32,000 bases of DNA from Candidatus Saccharimonadota bacterium (GTDB lineage Bacteria > Patescibacteriota > Patescibacteriia > 2-12-FULL-60-25). The notes beneath the pieces are model-generated. The model was not told where the DNA came from. It saw nothing but the letters and a program-made list of their open reading frames with translations, and did not search any database. The stretch spans positions 651,556 through 683,555 of the forward strand of contig JALHOH010000001.1 of the NCBI GenBank assembly GCA_022843095.1, read 5' to 3'. A program made the position numbers and the translations under genes. Shown here in pieces: positions 25,524 to 32,000 of this stretch (the first letter of the stretch is position 1; every line of letters starts with the position of its first letter).

Positions 25524-25735
25524 CGTCACGCCCGTGACGTAACCCGTGACGAAACGCCTCTCCGTGGCACGTCGTGACGTAACTCCGTGACGCAGTCTCG
25601 CATCTTTTCCGCCACTTCGTGCGCGCTCGTGTTGCCCCCTTGGCATTCAAGTCCCCCTCCTCGCACTCATAAGGCCCCGAAATCGAAAGGTTTCGGGGCC
25701 TTTTCTTTGGTTCGTGACGTAACCCGTGACGTAAC
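25524..25735 (+). repeat. cluster of seven CGTGACG(T/A)AAC-type short repeats (putative protein-binding sites / att arm sites)
   Basis: Direct copies start at 25533, 25545, 25573, 25586, 25713 and 25725, arranged as three pairs with 12-13 bp spacing. One inverted copy (CGTCACG) lies at 25524-25530. The 19-mer CGTGACGTAACCCGTGACG is identical at 25533-25551 and 25713-25731. The two groups flank a terminator hairpin. Confidence 0.7.
25671..25708 (+). terminator. strong rho-independent terminator with no obvious upstream plus-strand gene
   Basis: AAGGCCCCGAAA (25671-25682), loop TCGAAAGG, then TTTCGGGGCCTT, running into TTTTCTTT. The stem is 10-12 bp and G/C-rich. On the minus strand the hairpin is not followed by a T-tract. 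Confidence 0.7.
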
Positions 25736-25769
25736 TCGGGCGGCGGATGCGGGTTGTTCAAGTCTGTGG

Positions 25770-26240
25770 CTATAGAGGTCTGATGATGGCTGGAGAGAAA
25801 CTGCGAATCGCATCCCCATCAGCCAACCACACCGCACTGACCTTGGTCGCGAGCGCCTCTGGATCAACGCCGACCTCTTTTCCGCTCGAACCCGAGTGCC
25901 ACCACACAGCCGGTGACCGCCCTGTGTTGTGCTGGATGAATGATTGGATCTCGGCTCCACTGTCAGTTCCGCCAGCTTGGAGAGTGCCTCGGTGGCTGAT
26001 TCCGTGACGGAAGGCCCTCCAGAACGCTTTCAGTAGGTCGCGCTCAGTGAGCCCCATCATTTTCTCCATCTCGGCGTAGTCGGTGTCGTTGAGGCTGGTC
26101 GCGGTGCTGCTTGTCTTCAACCTCGCGTACGCCTCGATGAGCGAACAGGTGAGTAGCAGTGTGGCGAAGCCATTTTCGTGATTTTTCACGAGTTCCATGA
26201 CAGGGTTGATGAACCAGTTCTGGAATTGCTCCCGTTGCAT
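25770..26240 (-). CDS. hypothetical protein (156 aa) with an Rx4H motif; possible HEPN-like protein
   Basis: I chose ATG 26240 because AAGGAGG lies 5 nt upstream. MQREQFQNWFINPVMELVKNHENGFATLLLTCSLIEAYARL is helical. AFWRAFRHGISHRG contains R-x4-H (RHGISH), as in HEPN RNase motifs. GC appears lower than the flanks. The family is not confirmed. Confidence 0.55.
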   Translation of the reverse strand: MQREQFQNWFINPVMELVKNHENGFATLLLTCSLIEAYARLKTSSTATSLNDTDYAEMEKMMGLTERDLLKAFWRAFRHGISHRGTLQAGGTDSGAEIQSFIQHNTGRSPAVWWHSGSSGKEVGVDPEALATKVSAVWLADGDAIRSFSPAIIRPL

Positions 26241-26280
26241 GTCTCCTCCTTCTCTCATGGTTACCACGCGAGGCGGTGCA

Positions 26281-27588
26281 TCAGGGAGGGGATGAGCCCC
26301 GCGGCGTTGGCAGCACCGGAAACACCTCACCAAACCCATCTCGCACACTCTCCGCCTCGCGAATGTAGCCCTGCGTCGTGTCGAACCCCGTGTGTCCCGC
26401 AGCCCGTTGGATACGCAGCGGTTCGTCGCCACGGATTGCACGCCACGTGATGCCCGTCGCGCGTAGATCGTAGAAGGTCATGGGCTTGCGCGTCGCGTCG
26501 CTCGCGAAGAGATCGCTCCTCGTGATCCCGGCGAGGCGCAGGTGTTCGCGCAGCAATTCGGCGCTGCTCTTCGGCACGCCGTCCGGCACGACGCGCTCGT
26601 CTGGCTTCTTCCCGCGCGCCATCTCGCGCAGCAGCGGGAGCAGGTTCGCTTCGATCGAGAACCGTCGCGCTTCCTGCGTCTTCACGGGCTTCACTGCGCC
26701 CGTGTCGTAGTGAACGGCGCGATGAATGTGCACGGTTCCACGTTCGAGGTCGAGGTCCTCCCACGCGAGCGCTTCGAGTTCGCCCGGTCGGGCGTAGAGG
26801 TAGACCGCAAGCGTATAGAGCACACGGAAGCGCTCGGGCACGCGCTCAGAGCGCACGAGAGAGAGGAACTCCGCGGGCGAGATGTACTGCTTCACCTTCT
26901 TCGTCCCGCGATCGGGCGCGGCGACACCATCACATGGGTTGTCGCTCCGCACACGAAGCGTGACCGTCTTCGAGCGCGACGCATCGCGGAACATCGCCCG
27001 CGTGAGTGCCCATCCGTTCCACGACGTGCGCCACGATTGCCCGGCCCGTGTCGCGTCGTCGAGCGCGCTCACGAGCGCCTCGATGTCCGCCTTGGACACG
27101 GTCGCGATCGACTTGTCTCCGAGCACGGGCTCGACGTGCGAACGAAACCTCGAGCGATCCGTGCGCACCGTCGAGAGCCCCTTCTGCGCCCGATCGTTCA
27201 ACCATCGCTCGAACCACACCCGCACTGTTTCGCTCGGAGGCTCGCTCGCACGCGTTGGAGCTGTTGATGGTACCGTGGTCCTTCGCGCAGGACGATCGAT
27301 CGCAGCAGGCATCGCAGCACGTGTCGCGGGCGCAGCCTTCGTGGCGGGCAGCGCGGGCTCAGACACCGCGATCGTCTGCACCTCTTCGGGCGACCATTCA
27401 CCGCGGTCGAAGCGCGCTTGTAGTTGGAGCCCCACCGCCCGCGCCCACGCAACGCCGAGCTCGATCCCTGGCGGGGGAGGAGCGATGAGCGCGACTGGGC
27501 GCACCCAGCGACGTCCATCCGGTAGGCGCACGCCCGTGTACACGACGCCGCGCTGCTTGAAGCCGATGCCACTGCGCGGCCGCGCCAT
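26281..27588 (-). CDS. int: tyrosine recombinase / phage-type integrase
   Basis: I chose ATG 27588 (MARPRSGIGFKQRGVVYTGVRLPDGRR) because GGAGGG lies upstream. A SAM-like N-domain is present (WFERWLNDRAQKGLSTVRTDRSRFRSHVEPVLGDKSIATVSKADIEALV). The catalytic region has YLYARPGELEALAWEDLDL (Arg I), FYDLRATGITW (the HxLR box with Tyr in place of His) and AAGHTGFDTTQGYI (His and the nucleophile Tyr). Confidence 0.9.
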   Translation of the reverse strand: MARPRSGIGFKQRGVVYTGVRLPDGRRWVRPVALIAPPPPGIELGVAWARAVGLQLQARFDRGEWSPEEVQTIAVSEPALPATKAAPATRAAMPAAIDRPARRTTVPSTAPTRASEPPSETVRVWFERWLNDRAQKGLSTVRTDRSRFRSHVEPVLGDKSIATVSKADIEALVSALDDATRAGQSWRTSWNGWALTRAMFRDASRSKTVTLRVRSDNPCDGVAAPDRGTKKVKQYISPAEFLSLVRSERVPERFRVLYTLAVYLYARPGELEALAWEDLDLERGTVHIHRAVHYDTGAVKPVKTQEARRFSIEANLLPLLREMARGKKPDERVVPDGVPKSSAELLREHLRLAGITRSDLFASDATRKPMTFYDLRATGITWRAIRGDEPLRIQRAAGHTGFDTTQGYIREAESVRDGFGEVFPVLPTPRGSSPP

Positions 27589-27589
27589 C

Positions 27590-27934
27590 TCAACGCCCTC
27601 CAAGAAAGCGTGCGACGGCTTCGTTCGCGGCGTGTCCCAGGGGATCACGCGTGGCTTCGCCCAGACCACAGACGACGCGATCGACTTCGGCGGGCGAGAC
27701 CCATTGGCGCCTTCCGTCGCGTCGGATCTCGACGCGATGACGCTGACACCATCGCCGAAAACTCCGCGTTCCTTTGAACCCTCGTCGCATCGCCTCCGCC
27801 GGCAATAGCACCCACGCGACGAGTGCGGTCGCATGCGACGCCTCGGCGATTTGGAGGCTTGCGTTGTCGCGGGACGCCCCCGCTCCGCTCGACGCGCCAC
27901 GCACCATCGTCGCTTCGTCGCGTGCGGGCTTCAT
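27590..27934 (-). CDS. excisionase/MerR-like HTH DNA-binding protein
   Basis: I chose ATG 27934 (MKPARDE...). WVLLPAEAMRRGFKGTRSFRRWCQRHRVEIRRDGRRQWVSPAEVDRVV fits the Xis/AlpA-type pattern (HTH followed by 'r.g.r..f....v..w'). It ends 2 nt before the integrase start. Confidence 0.6.
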   Translation of the reverse strand: MKPARDEATMVRGASSGAGASRDNASLQIAEASHATALVAWVLLPAEAMRRGFKGTRSFRRWCQRHRVEIRRDGRRQWVSPAEVDRVVCGLGEATRDPLGHAANEAVARFLGGR

Positions 27935-28116
27935 CGCACACCCCCGCGTGGAGTCATGGAGCGATCTGCGTGTCGCGCGGACGCACGGATACACGACACG
28001 CACGCCTCTCGTTCGAGCAAGACGAGTGACGCTCCGAACCACGTGAGCGAGCGGTGATATTCGGGCTCAGGGACCTGCATATCCGCGTGGCAATTTCCAA
28101 GGCAATCACGCGGTCG

Positions 28117-28141
28117 GACCGTCGCAACCGTTGCGACGGTC
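28117..28141. repeat. perfect 25-bp palindrome in the xis-int upstream region
   Basis: GACCGTCGCAAC-C-GTTGCGACGGTC has 12-bp perfect arms around one central base. It lies between the Replic_Relax-like stop (28254) and the excisionase-like start (27934). Confidence 0.7.
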
Positions 28142-28253
28142 TGCTGCGATAGGAGTGCACGAACGCGACGCGGCTCCCGTGGCGTCAGGTCGTCGCGACA
28201 CCCGGGCGCGACGCTCCGTCGCGTGGGGTCCGTGATCGTTCCGCATCGCGGAG

Positions 28254-29111
28254 TCATTGATGCGCCCCCGTCGCAACGAGCTCGCGCCACGGGATGTCTC
28301 CGCCGCGCGGCAGCCGCGCGAGCATGTCCATAGGCACCCACGAAGGGCCGAGGATTCCCTGGTCTCGCACGCGCTCATCGGTCGTGCCGAACCAGAGCCG
28401 AGCTCCTGCGGTCGCCTGGAGCGCGATCGCGAGGTTGCGCAGTCGCACCTCGGACGTCGTGAGCACGAGCGCGCTCCACGTAGAGATGCCCCACATCGAT
28501 GCGCCTTCTGCGGCGATCTTTGCGATGGCCTCGCCCTTCGTACGCGCGAAGAACGCGCAGCTCTCCTCGGCGAGATCAACCTCGACGTTCCACCCGAAGC
28601 TCGCCCCTCGTTCCTCGATCGCGATGAGGAGGTCCGGGATATACGGCGCGCCATCTTCCCGTGCCAGATACCGTAGTTCGTGGTCCGAGTAGATCGTGAG
28701 CGTGCCCTCCGCCCTGACACCCGAGAGCGCTTGCTCGAACGCGATCCGCACGTCCCCGATGCCCAGGATATGCGCAAGCGCGCGGGCCTCGGGCGCGCGA
28801 GGTAGTGGCGGCGCAACGACATCAATCCCTTCCCGTTCGAGAAGCGTCAGTCCCTTCGTGGTCAGGGTGTAGATGTTCGGCGCGTTCTGGTGTGCGACCG
28901 TCACGCGCACGAGCCCGTGGCTCTGAAGAACCGACGTTCGCCTCGCGGTCGTCGTACGATCCGGAAACCCTCCAGCGACTTGCAGTTGGAGGAGTGTTGC
29001 CGCGCGAAGGCGCGCGAGGGTGGCGAGCGCTCCGCGCACATCGCGTGGCTGGAGTTCACCGTGCACCCGTGCGGGCGTTTCTCGCCCGCGTCGTCGACGT
29101 GCTTCCTTCAT
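28254..29111 (-). CDS. replication-relaxation (Replic_Relax)-like protein
   Basis: The ATG at 29111 overlaps the upstream stop (ATGA). LQPRDVRGALATLARLRAATLLQLQVAGGFPDRTTTARRTSVLQSHGLVRVTV...NIYTLTTKGLTLLE fits the N-terminal wHTH pattern of that family (l..rD..il..l...r.lt..ql......a.rrl..L...glv......vy.Lt..G). The upstream 207 codons of the track ORF belong to other frames or genes. Confidence 0.65.
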   Translation of the reverse strand: MKEARRRRGRETPARVHGELQPRDVRGALATLARLRAATLLQLQVAGGFPDRTTTARRTSVLQSHGLVRVTVAHQNAPNIYTLTTKGLTLLEREGIDVVAPPLPRAPEARALAHILGIGDVRIAFEQALSGVRAEGTLTIYSDHELRYLAREDGAPYIPDLLIAIEERGASFGWNVEVDLAEESCAFFARTKGEAIAKIAAEGASMWGISTWSALVLTTSEVRLRNLAIALQATAGARLWFGTTDERVRDQGILGPSWVPMDMLARLPRGGDIPWRELVATGAHQ

Positions 29112-29446
29112 GACGACCCCCGATCCGGGCGCACGCAGGCGACTCCACACTGCGGACACGGCACGAACTGATACTCCGCGGAACAGAGCGGACAGCGCCA
29201 CGCCGAGCCCTCCGTGACCGCGCGGCACGCGCTGCAACGAAACCGCCCATACACCGACACCGTCGCATTGCAGCTCGAACACCGCATGGTCGGCGCATAC
29301 GCACGCGCGAGGCGGGCGAGCGAGAGGACGAACGCCGCCACGGCGAACGTGAACAGAACGATGCCCGCGACCCATCCGACCGCGACATACGCCGCGACGG
29401 CCGAGAGGCCGACGAGAGCCGCTCCCACGCGAAGGAGGGACTTCAT
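29108..29446 (-). CDS. small membrane protein with double Zn-ribbon-like Cys motifs (112 aa)
   Basis: MKSLLRVGAALVGLSAVAAYVAVGWVAGIVLFTFAVAAFVLSLA gives two TM segments. It is followed by CSSC...CSAC...CPLC...CPQC (four CxxC pairs). ATGA overlaps occur at both ends (29443-29446 and 29108-29111). Confidence 0.6.
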   Translation of the reverse strand: MKSLLRVGAALVGLSAVAAYVAVGWVAGIVLFTFAVAAFVLSLARLARAYAPTMRCSSCNATVSVYGRFRCSACRAVTEGSAWRCPLCSAEYQFVPCPQCGVACVRPDRGSS

Positions 29447-30978
29447 CGCGGCCTCCGAGATGCGAGCACGTCCGGCGTCTGCCAGGCGCGTGCATCGATC
29501 CCTGCGGCAAACGCGCGGGTCTCCTGTGCTTCGGCGTGCGCGATGAGCGACGCACGATCGACGCCTGTCGCGCCTCGTTCGAGCTGCCCGAGCAGCTCCG
29601 GTGAGAGCGTACGCAGATCGAACGGTACAAAGGGCTCTGCATCGAGCCCCGTTGGACCGAAGGGCGCGCCTCGATCCGTGTAGATGAACCGCCGACTCGG
29701 CATCCGGGTCGCAAACTCGATGCGCGCAGCATCGGTCGCGCCTCGTGTCCCCGCGCCGACGCGAGACGGAAGCAGGTCGAGTTGCGCCCGCGCCTCGTCG
29801 CGGCTCGCGCGAAAGAGCAGGCGGTGGCGCGCGTTGGTCGCGAGGCTCTCTGCGAGCGCGGCGGGCAACTGGAAGAGCCCCTGGTGGCACGCCGTCACCG
29901 ACACGTCGTGCGCGCGAGCCGTTTCGAGCAACGTGCAGAGCACGCGCGTCGCGACCGGCGAGAGCGCCTGTTGAAGTTCGTCGGTGACGAAGAACACCGA
30001 CGCGTTGCGCTCCCGCCGCGGATCGAAGGTTTGAAACGCGATCGAGAGCAGCATGAGCGAGGCGATCGCGCGTGCACCTTCGAGCGCGAGGACCGCCCCG
30101 CTCACGTCGATGACGCTCAGCGCTCCGGGCGCAAAGCTACGCCCCAAATCGAAGCGGGTTGGTCCGGACAGCACCGCGCGAAGTGCAGGATCACGGAGCA
30201 AGAGATCGAGCTGGCTCCGTACGCCGTCGATCGTGGTGCGGCTCTCCCGCAGAAAACGCTCACGAAAGTACGCCGCGACCTCGGCGATCGGGCAACGCAT
30301 GCCCAGGCGTGCGAGCTCCTCCGGGCGCGACAGATACGCCCGCAGTTCGAGCAACGTCCATCCGTTCACGATGGCGAGCGCAAGCAAGTTGGTCAGCAGG
30401 AGCTCTTGCCGTCCGCCGAAGCGCGCGCCGAGCACCTGTTCCAGCACTTCGGCCTGCGCTCCCGCCTGCACCATGGTCGCGATCGAAGGTTCGGCCGCGA
30501 TCAGTTGCCAAGGCGTGAGCGCTCCGCCGCGAAAGAAGCGATGCACATGCGTGCGATCGAGCAACGCGCGTTGTCCCGCGCGGTTCTGCGTCGCGAGCTC
30601 CGCCGCCCGAAGTCCGAGCGCGATGTCGCCCAGAAATCCCTGGCAGACGAACACGATGATCGCGATGGGCATGCCATCGCGTTGCAGTCGCAGGAGATCG
30701 CGGATCAGGGACGCGACGACGAAGCTCTTCCCAGATCCACTGGCCCCCGTCACATGCAGGTGCATGCCTCTGAGCTCGCGAAGAAGGGCTCGGACGCGGG
30801 TGCGGTGTTGGGTGCGGCCGAGGACGATGCCGGGTTCCCGAGCTGTTCGACCGAGCGCATCGAGCAGCCGCGGATCATCGGCGTTCGCCGCGTCCTCTTC
30901 TGCCTGGAGTGCCTGCCGGGCGAGTGTGCGTTCACGCGAGCGTGTGAGTCCGAGCAGCGTATGACGGATGTCGCTCAT
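29443..30978 (-). CDS. FtsK/HerA/TraD-superfamily P-loop ATPase (putative DNA translocase / coupling protein), soluble part
   Basis: HLHVTGASGSGKSFVVASLIRDLL is the Walker A. NASVFFVTDELQQA is the Walker B. At 511 aa it has no N-terminal TM segment. Its start overlaps the stop of the upstream membrane-protein gene (ATGA at 30975-30978). Confidence 0.75.
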   Translation of the reverse strand: MSDIRHTLLGLTRSRERTLARQALQAEEDAANADDPRLLDALGRTAREPGIVLGRTQHRTRVRALLRELRGMHLHVTGASGSGKSFVVASLIRDLLRLQRDGMPIAIIVFVCQGFLGDIALGLRAAELATQNRAGQRALLDRTHVHRFFRGGALTPWQLIAAEPSIATMVQAGAQAEVLEQVLGARFGGRQELLLTNLLALAIVNGWTLLELRAYLSRPEELARLGMRCPIAEVAAYFRERFLRESRTTIDGVRSQLDLLLRDPALRAVLSGPTRFDLGRSFAPGALSVIDVSGAVLALEGARAIASLMLLSIAFQTFDPRRERNASVFFVTDELQQALSPVATRVLCTLLETARAHDVSVTACHQGLFQLPAALAESLATNARHRLLFRASRDEARAQLDLLPSRVGAGTRGATDAARIEFATRMPSRRFIYTDRGAPFGPTGLDAEPFVPFDLRTLSPELLGQLERGATGVDRASLIAHAEAQETRAFAAGIDARAWQTPDVLASRRPR

Positions 30979-31379
30979 GACTCCCGCTCCTCTCGCTCGG
31001 CGCGCTCGCGGCCACGCACAATGGGTGGTGTCGCGCGTCCCTGCCTCGCGACGCGACGCCGAAGCGTGACGATCGCAACGACAAGAGCTACATGCCCAAA
31101 GGCGACGAGGACGCCGAGCGCGACGACCGCAGGACGACGCGCAACGTCCTCGAGCGTGGGACCGAACGCGGGAACCTCAGGCAGCCCCGCGCGGCTCTCG
31201 TGGACCAATGCAGACACAAGCCCGCTTACGAGCGGTGCCATGGCCGCTCCGAGTACGCAGAAGATGAGCAGTCGATCGAGTGGTCCTTTCAGGGCATCGG
31301 CGCCGAGGATGGTCGCGACGCCTCGTAGCGTGAGGGTGGTGATGGCGATGCACATGACGAGATGATCGAACGCATCCAT
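30975..31379 (-). CDS. small integral membrane protein (134 aa)
   Basis: Three hydrophobic segments are present: HLVMCIAITTLTL, LLIFCVLGAAMAPLVSGLVSALV and AVVALGVLVAFGHVALVVAIV. The C-terminal tail is basic. It is translationally coupled to the ATPase gene. Confidence 0.6.
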   Translation of the reverse strand: MDAFDHLVMCIAITTLTLRGVATILGADALKGPLDRLLIFCVLGAAMAPLVSGLVSALVHESRAGLPEVPAFGPTLEDVARRPAVVALGVLVAFGHVALVVAIVTLRRRVARQGRATPPIVRGRERAEREERES

Positions 31380-31463
31380 GACGGTTGCTCCGTGGGAACG
31401 AGGTGGGGGATCGCGCGAAAAAGCCCCGGAATCAGCGCGAGCCGGGAAGGGCAGTCGGGAACG

Positions 31464-32000
31464 TCAGTCGGTCACGCGGACCGGGTTCGTGCGGGTGATC
31501 GTCGCGACCTCGGTCGCGGTCACGACGACCGGTACGGCAGGCTCTGCCGCGCGACGGGCAGCATCACGGGCCTCTTCCGCGCGGCGCTCTGCCGCAACAC
31601 GCTCGTACTCGGCGCGAAGGGCGCTCTCGGCGGCGGCGCGTTCGACGAGCGCACGATCGAGCGCCGTCGTGGACTCGACGACCACACGACGATCCCGCTC
31701 GTTTCGCCACGCCTCGTGCACGCGAAGCGCCGCGCGTGCGACTTCGATCACGAGCACTGGCTCGTTCAGCGCGAGGGCGAAGGACGCGTTCTCCATCGCA
31801 CGCGCGACGACTTCGTTCACATCGCCGAAGGTCTCCACTGCGACGATGAGCACGGGAAGGGTGCGAACTCCGTCGTACGTCCCTTCGATCGGCGCACAAT
31901 TCACCGGTGTTCCCGCGGCGAATTTGCCGAGCACGTCCTCCGTGTGGCGCGCGAACCACTCGCGAAACAGCGGCTCGGCGAGCTGCTGCCCGATCGGAGC
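31464..32000 (-). CDS. hypothetical protein, C-terminal part (frame open to the window end)
   Basis: Track ORF 31464..31934 starts at a GTG, but the same frame remains open to position 32000 (...APIGQQLAEPLFREWFARHTEDVLGKFAAGTPVNC...). It ends in an Ala/Arg/Glu-rich helix. No motif recognised. Confidence 0.5.
   Translation of the reverse strand, partial: APIGQQLAEPLFREWFARHTEDVLGKFAAGTPVNCAPIEGTYDGVRTLPVLIVAVETFGDVNEVVARAMENASFALALNEPVLVIEVARAALRVHEAWRNERDRRVVVESTTALDRALVERAAAESALRAEYERVAAERRAEEARDAARRAAEPAVPVVVTATEVATITRTNPVRVTD

Larger units (their letters stand above)
25524..32000. mobile_element. one end of an integrative (possibly conjugative/mobilisable) element; continues beyond the window
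   Basis: A co-oriented minus-strand block holds a partial ORF, a membrane protein, a TraD/FtsK/HerA-like ATPase, a Zn-ribbon TM protein, Replic_Relax-like, excisionase-like and tyrosine integrase genes, and a small lower-GC cargo gene. It ends at a repeat-rich non-coding region. The exact left boundary (att core) was not identified. No tRNA was found. Confidence 0.6.

Noticed and set aside
25165-25660. Small ORFs on both strands in the 25.2-25.7 kb gap. Examples: 25165..25542 (+) 125 aa, 25234..25761 (-) 175 aa, 25587..25775 (+) 62 aa.
   Set aside because: The translations are Arg/Cys/Pro-rich or run straight through the terminator hairpin and the repeat cluster. No start-site signals or motifs are present. 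The region is better explained as regulatory or att DNA, possibly encoding a small RNA.
25640-25670. tRNA-like T-loop string TTCAAGTCC (ggcattcaagtccccc) near the integrase end, suggesting a tRNA or tmRNA integration target. A second TTCAAGTC lies at about 25757.
   Set aside because: The flanking bases cannot form a T-stem (TGGCA versus CCCCC). No acceptor, D or anticodon arms could be folded on either strand. No CCA-proximal acceptor sequence is present. I therefore call no tRNA or tRNA fragment.
25524-25735. Possibility that the CGTGACGTAAC repeats are a CRISPR array.
   Set aside because: The repeat units are only 7-11 bp and the spacing is irregular (12-13 bp within pairs, 28-127 bp between pairs). 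There are no spacer-sized unique segments and no cas genes apart from a stand-alone Cas4-like nuclease 4 kb away. This is inconsistent with CRISPR.
29782-31365. Very long antisense ORFs. Examples: 29782..31365 (+) 527 aa, 19968..21350 (+) 460 aa, 19561..20574 (-) 337 aa, 21256..22308 (+), 21416..22255 (-), 26882..27808 (+), 26542..27267 (+), 4425..5297 (+), 6573..7367 (+), 195..1034 (+), 16544..17563 (-).
   Set aside because: They are Arg/Ala/Ser/Pro-rich low-complexity translations with no motifs. Each is fully overlapped by an ORF in another frame or strand that carries clear family motifs and G/C3 codon bias. Such shadow ORFs are expected in high-GC DNA because stop codons are rare.

Overview
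High-GC, densely coding window. The composition, Cys-rich lipoproteins and a sigma-54 activator suggest a myxobacterium, but that is inference only. It reads as an accessory region.

**Gene order, left to right**
- **1-3.7 kb:** two translationally coupled beta-rich hypothetical genes (minus strand), a lipoprotein, a small winged-helix protein and a 320-aa hypothetical.
- **3.9-12.9 kb:** a long run of minus-strand genes.
  - An SbcD/SbcC-like (YhaO/YhaN-type) nuclease-ATPase pair.
  - A receiver-like protein.
  - A 76-aa internally duplicated Cys/His-rich peptide.
  - A tightly coupled P-loop kinase / HAD-IB phosphatase / uracil-phosphoribosyltransferase-like trio.
  - A radical SAM enzyme.
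- **13.5-16.2 kb:** a 916-aa orphan protein with an HTH-like N-terminus and a degenerate P-loop.
- **16.5-19.0 kb:** a Cys-rich lipoprotein, a membrane-anchored PLA2-like protein and a transglutaminase-like protein.
- **19.3-22.4 kb:** a sensor-less sigma-54 enhancer-binding protein, translationally coupled to a Cas4-like PD-(D/E)xK nuclease and followed by a DUF932-like protein and a terminator.
- **22.4-24.6 kb:** a lower-GC islet with a 3-TM protein overlapping a class III nucleotidyl cyclase. This looks like a Pycsar-type cyclase-effector module with atypical features.
- **24.6-25.2 kb:** a possibly frameshifted gene.
- **25.5-32.0 kb:** a cluster of CGTGACG(T/A)AAC repeats around an orphan terminator, then one end of an integrative element. 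The element carries a HEPN-like cargo gene, a tyrosine integrase, an excisionase-like gene, a Replic_Relax-like gene, a Zn-ribbon membrane protein, a TraD/FtsK/HerA-like ATPase and a membrane protein. It continues past the window end.

**Not found:** no rRNA, tRNA or CRISPR array.

**Basis:** all functional calls rest on motifs read by eye in the translated ORFs. No database search was possible.
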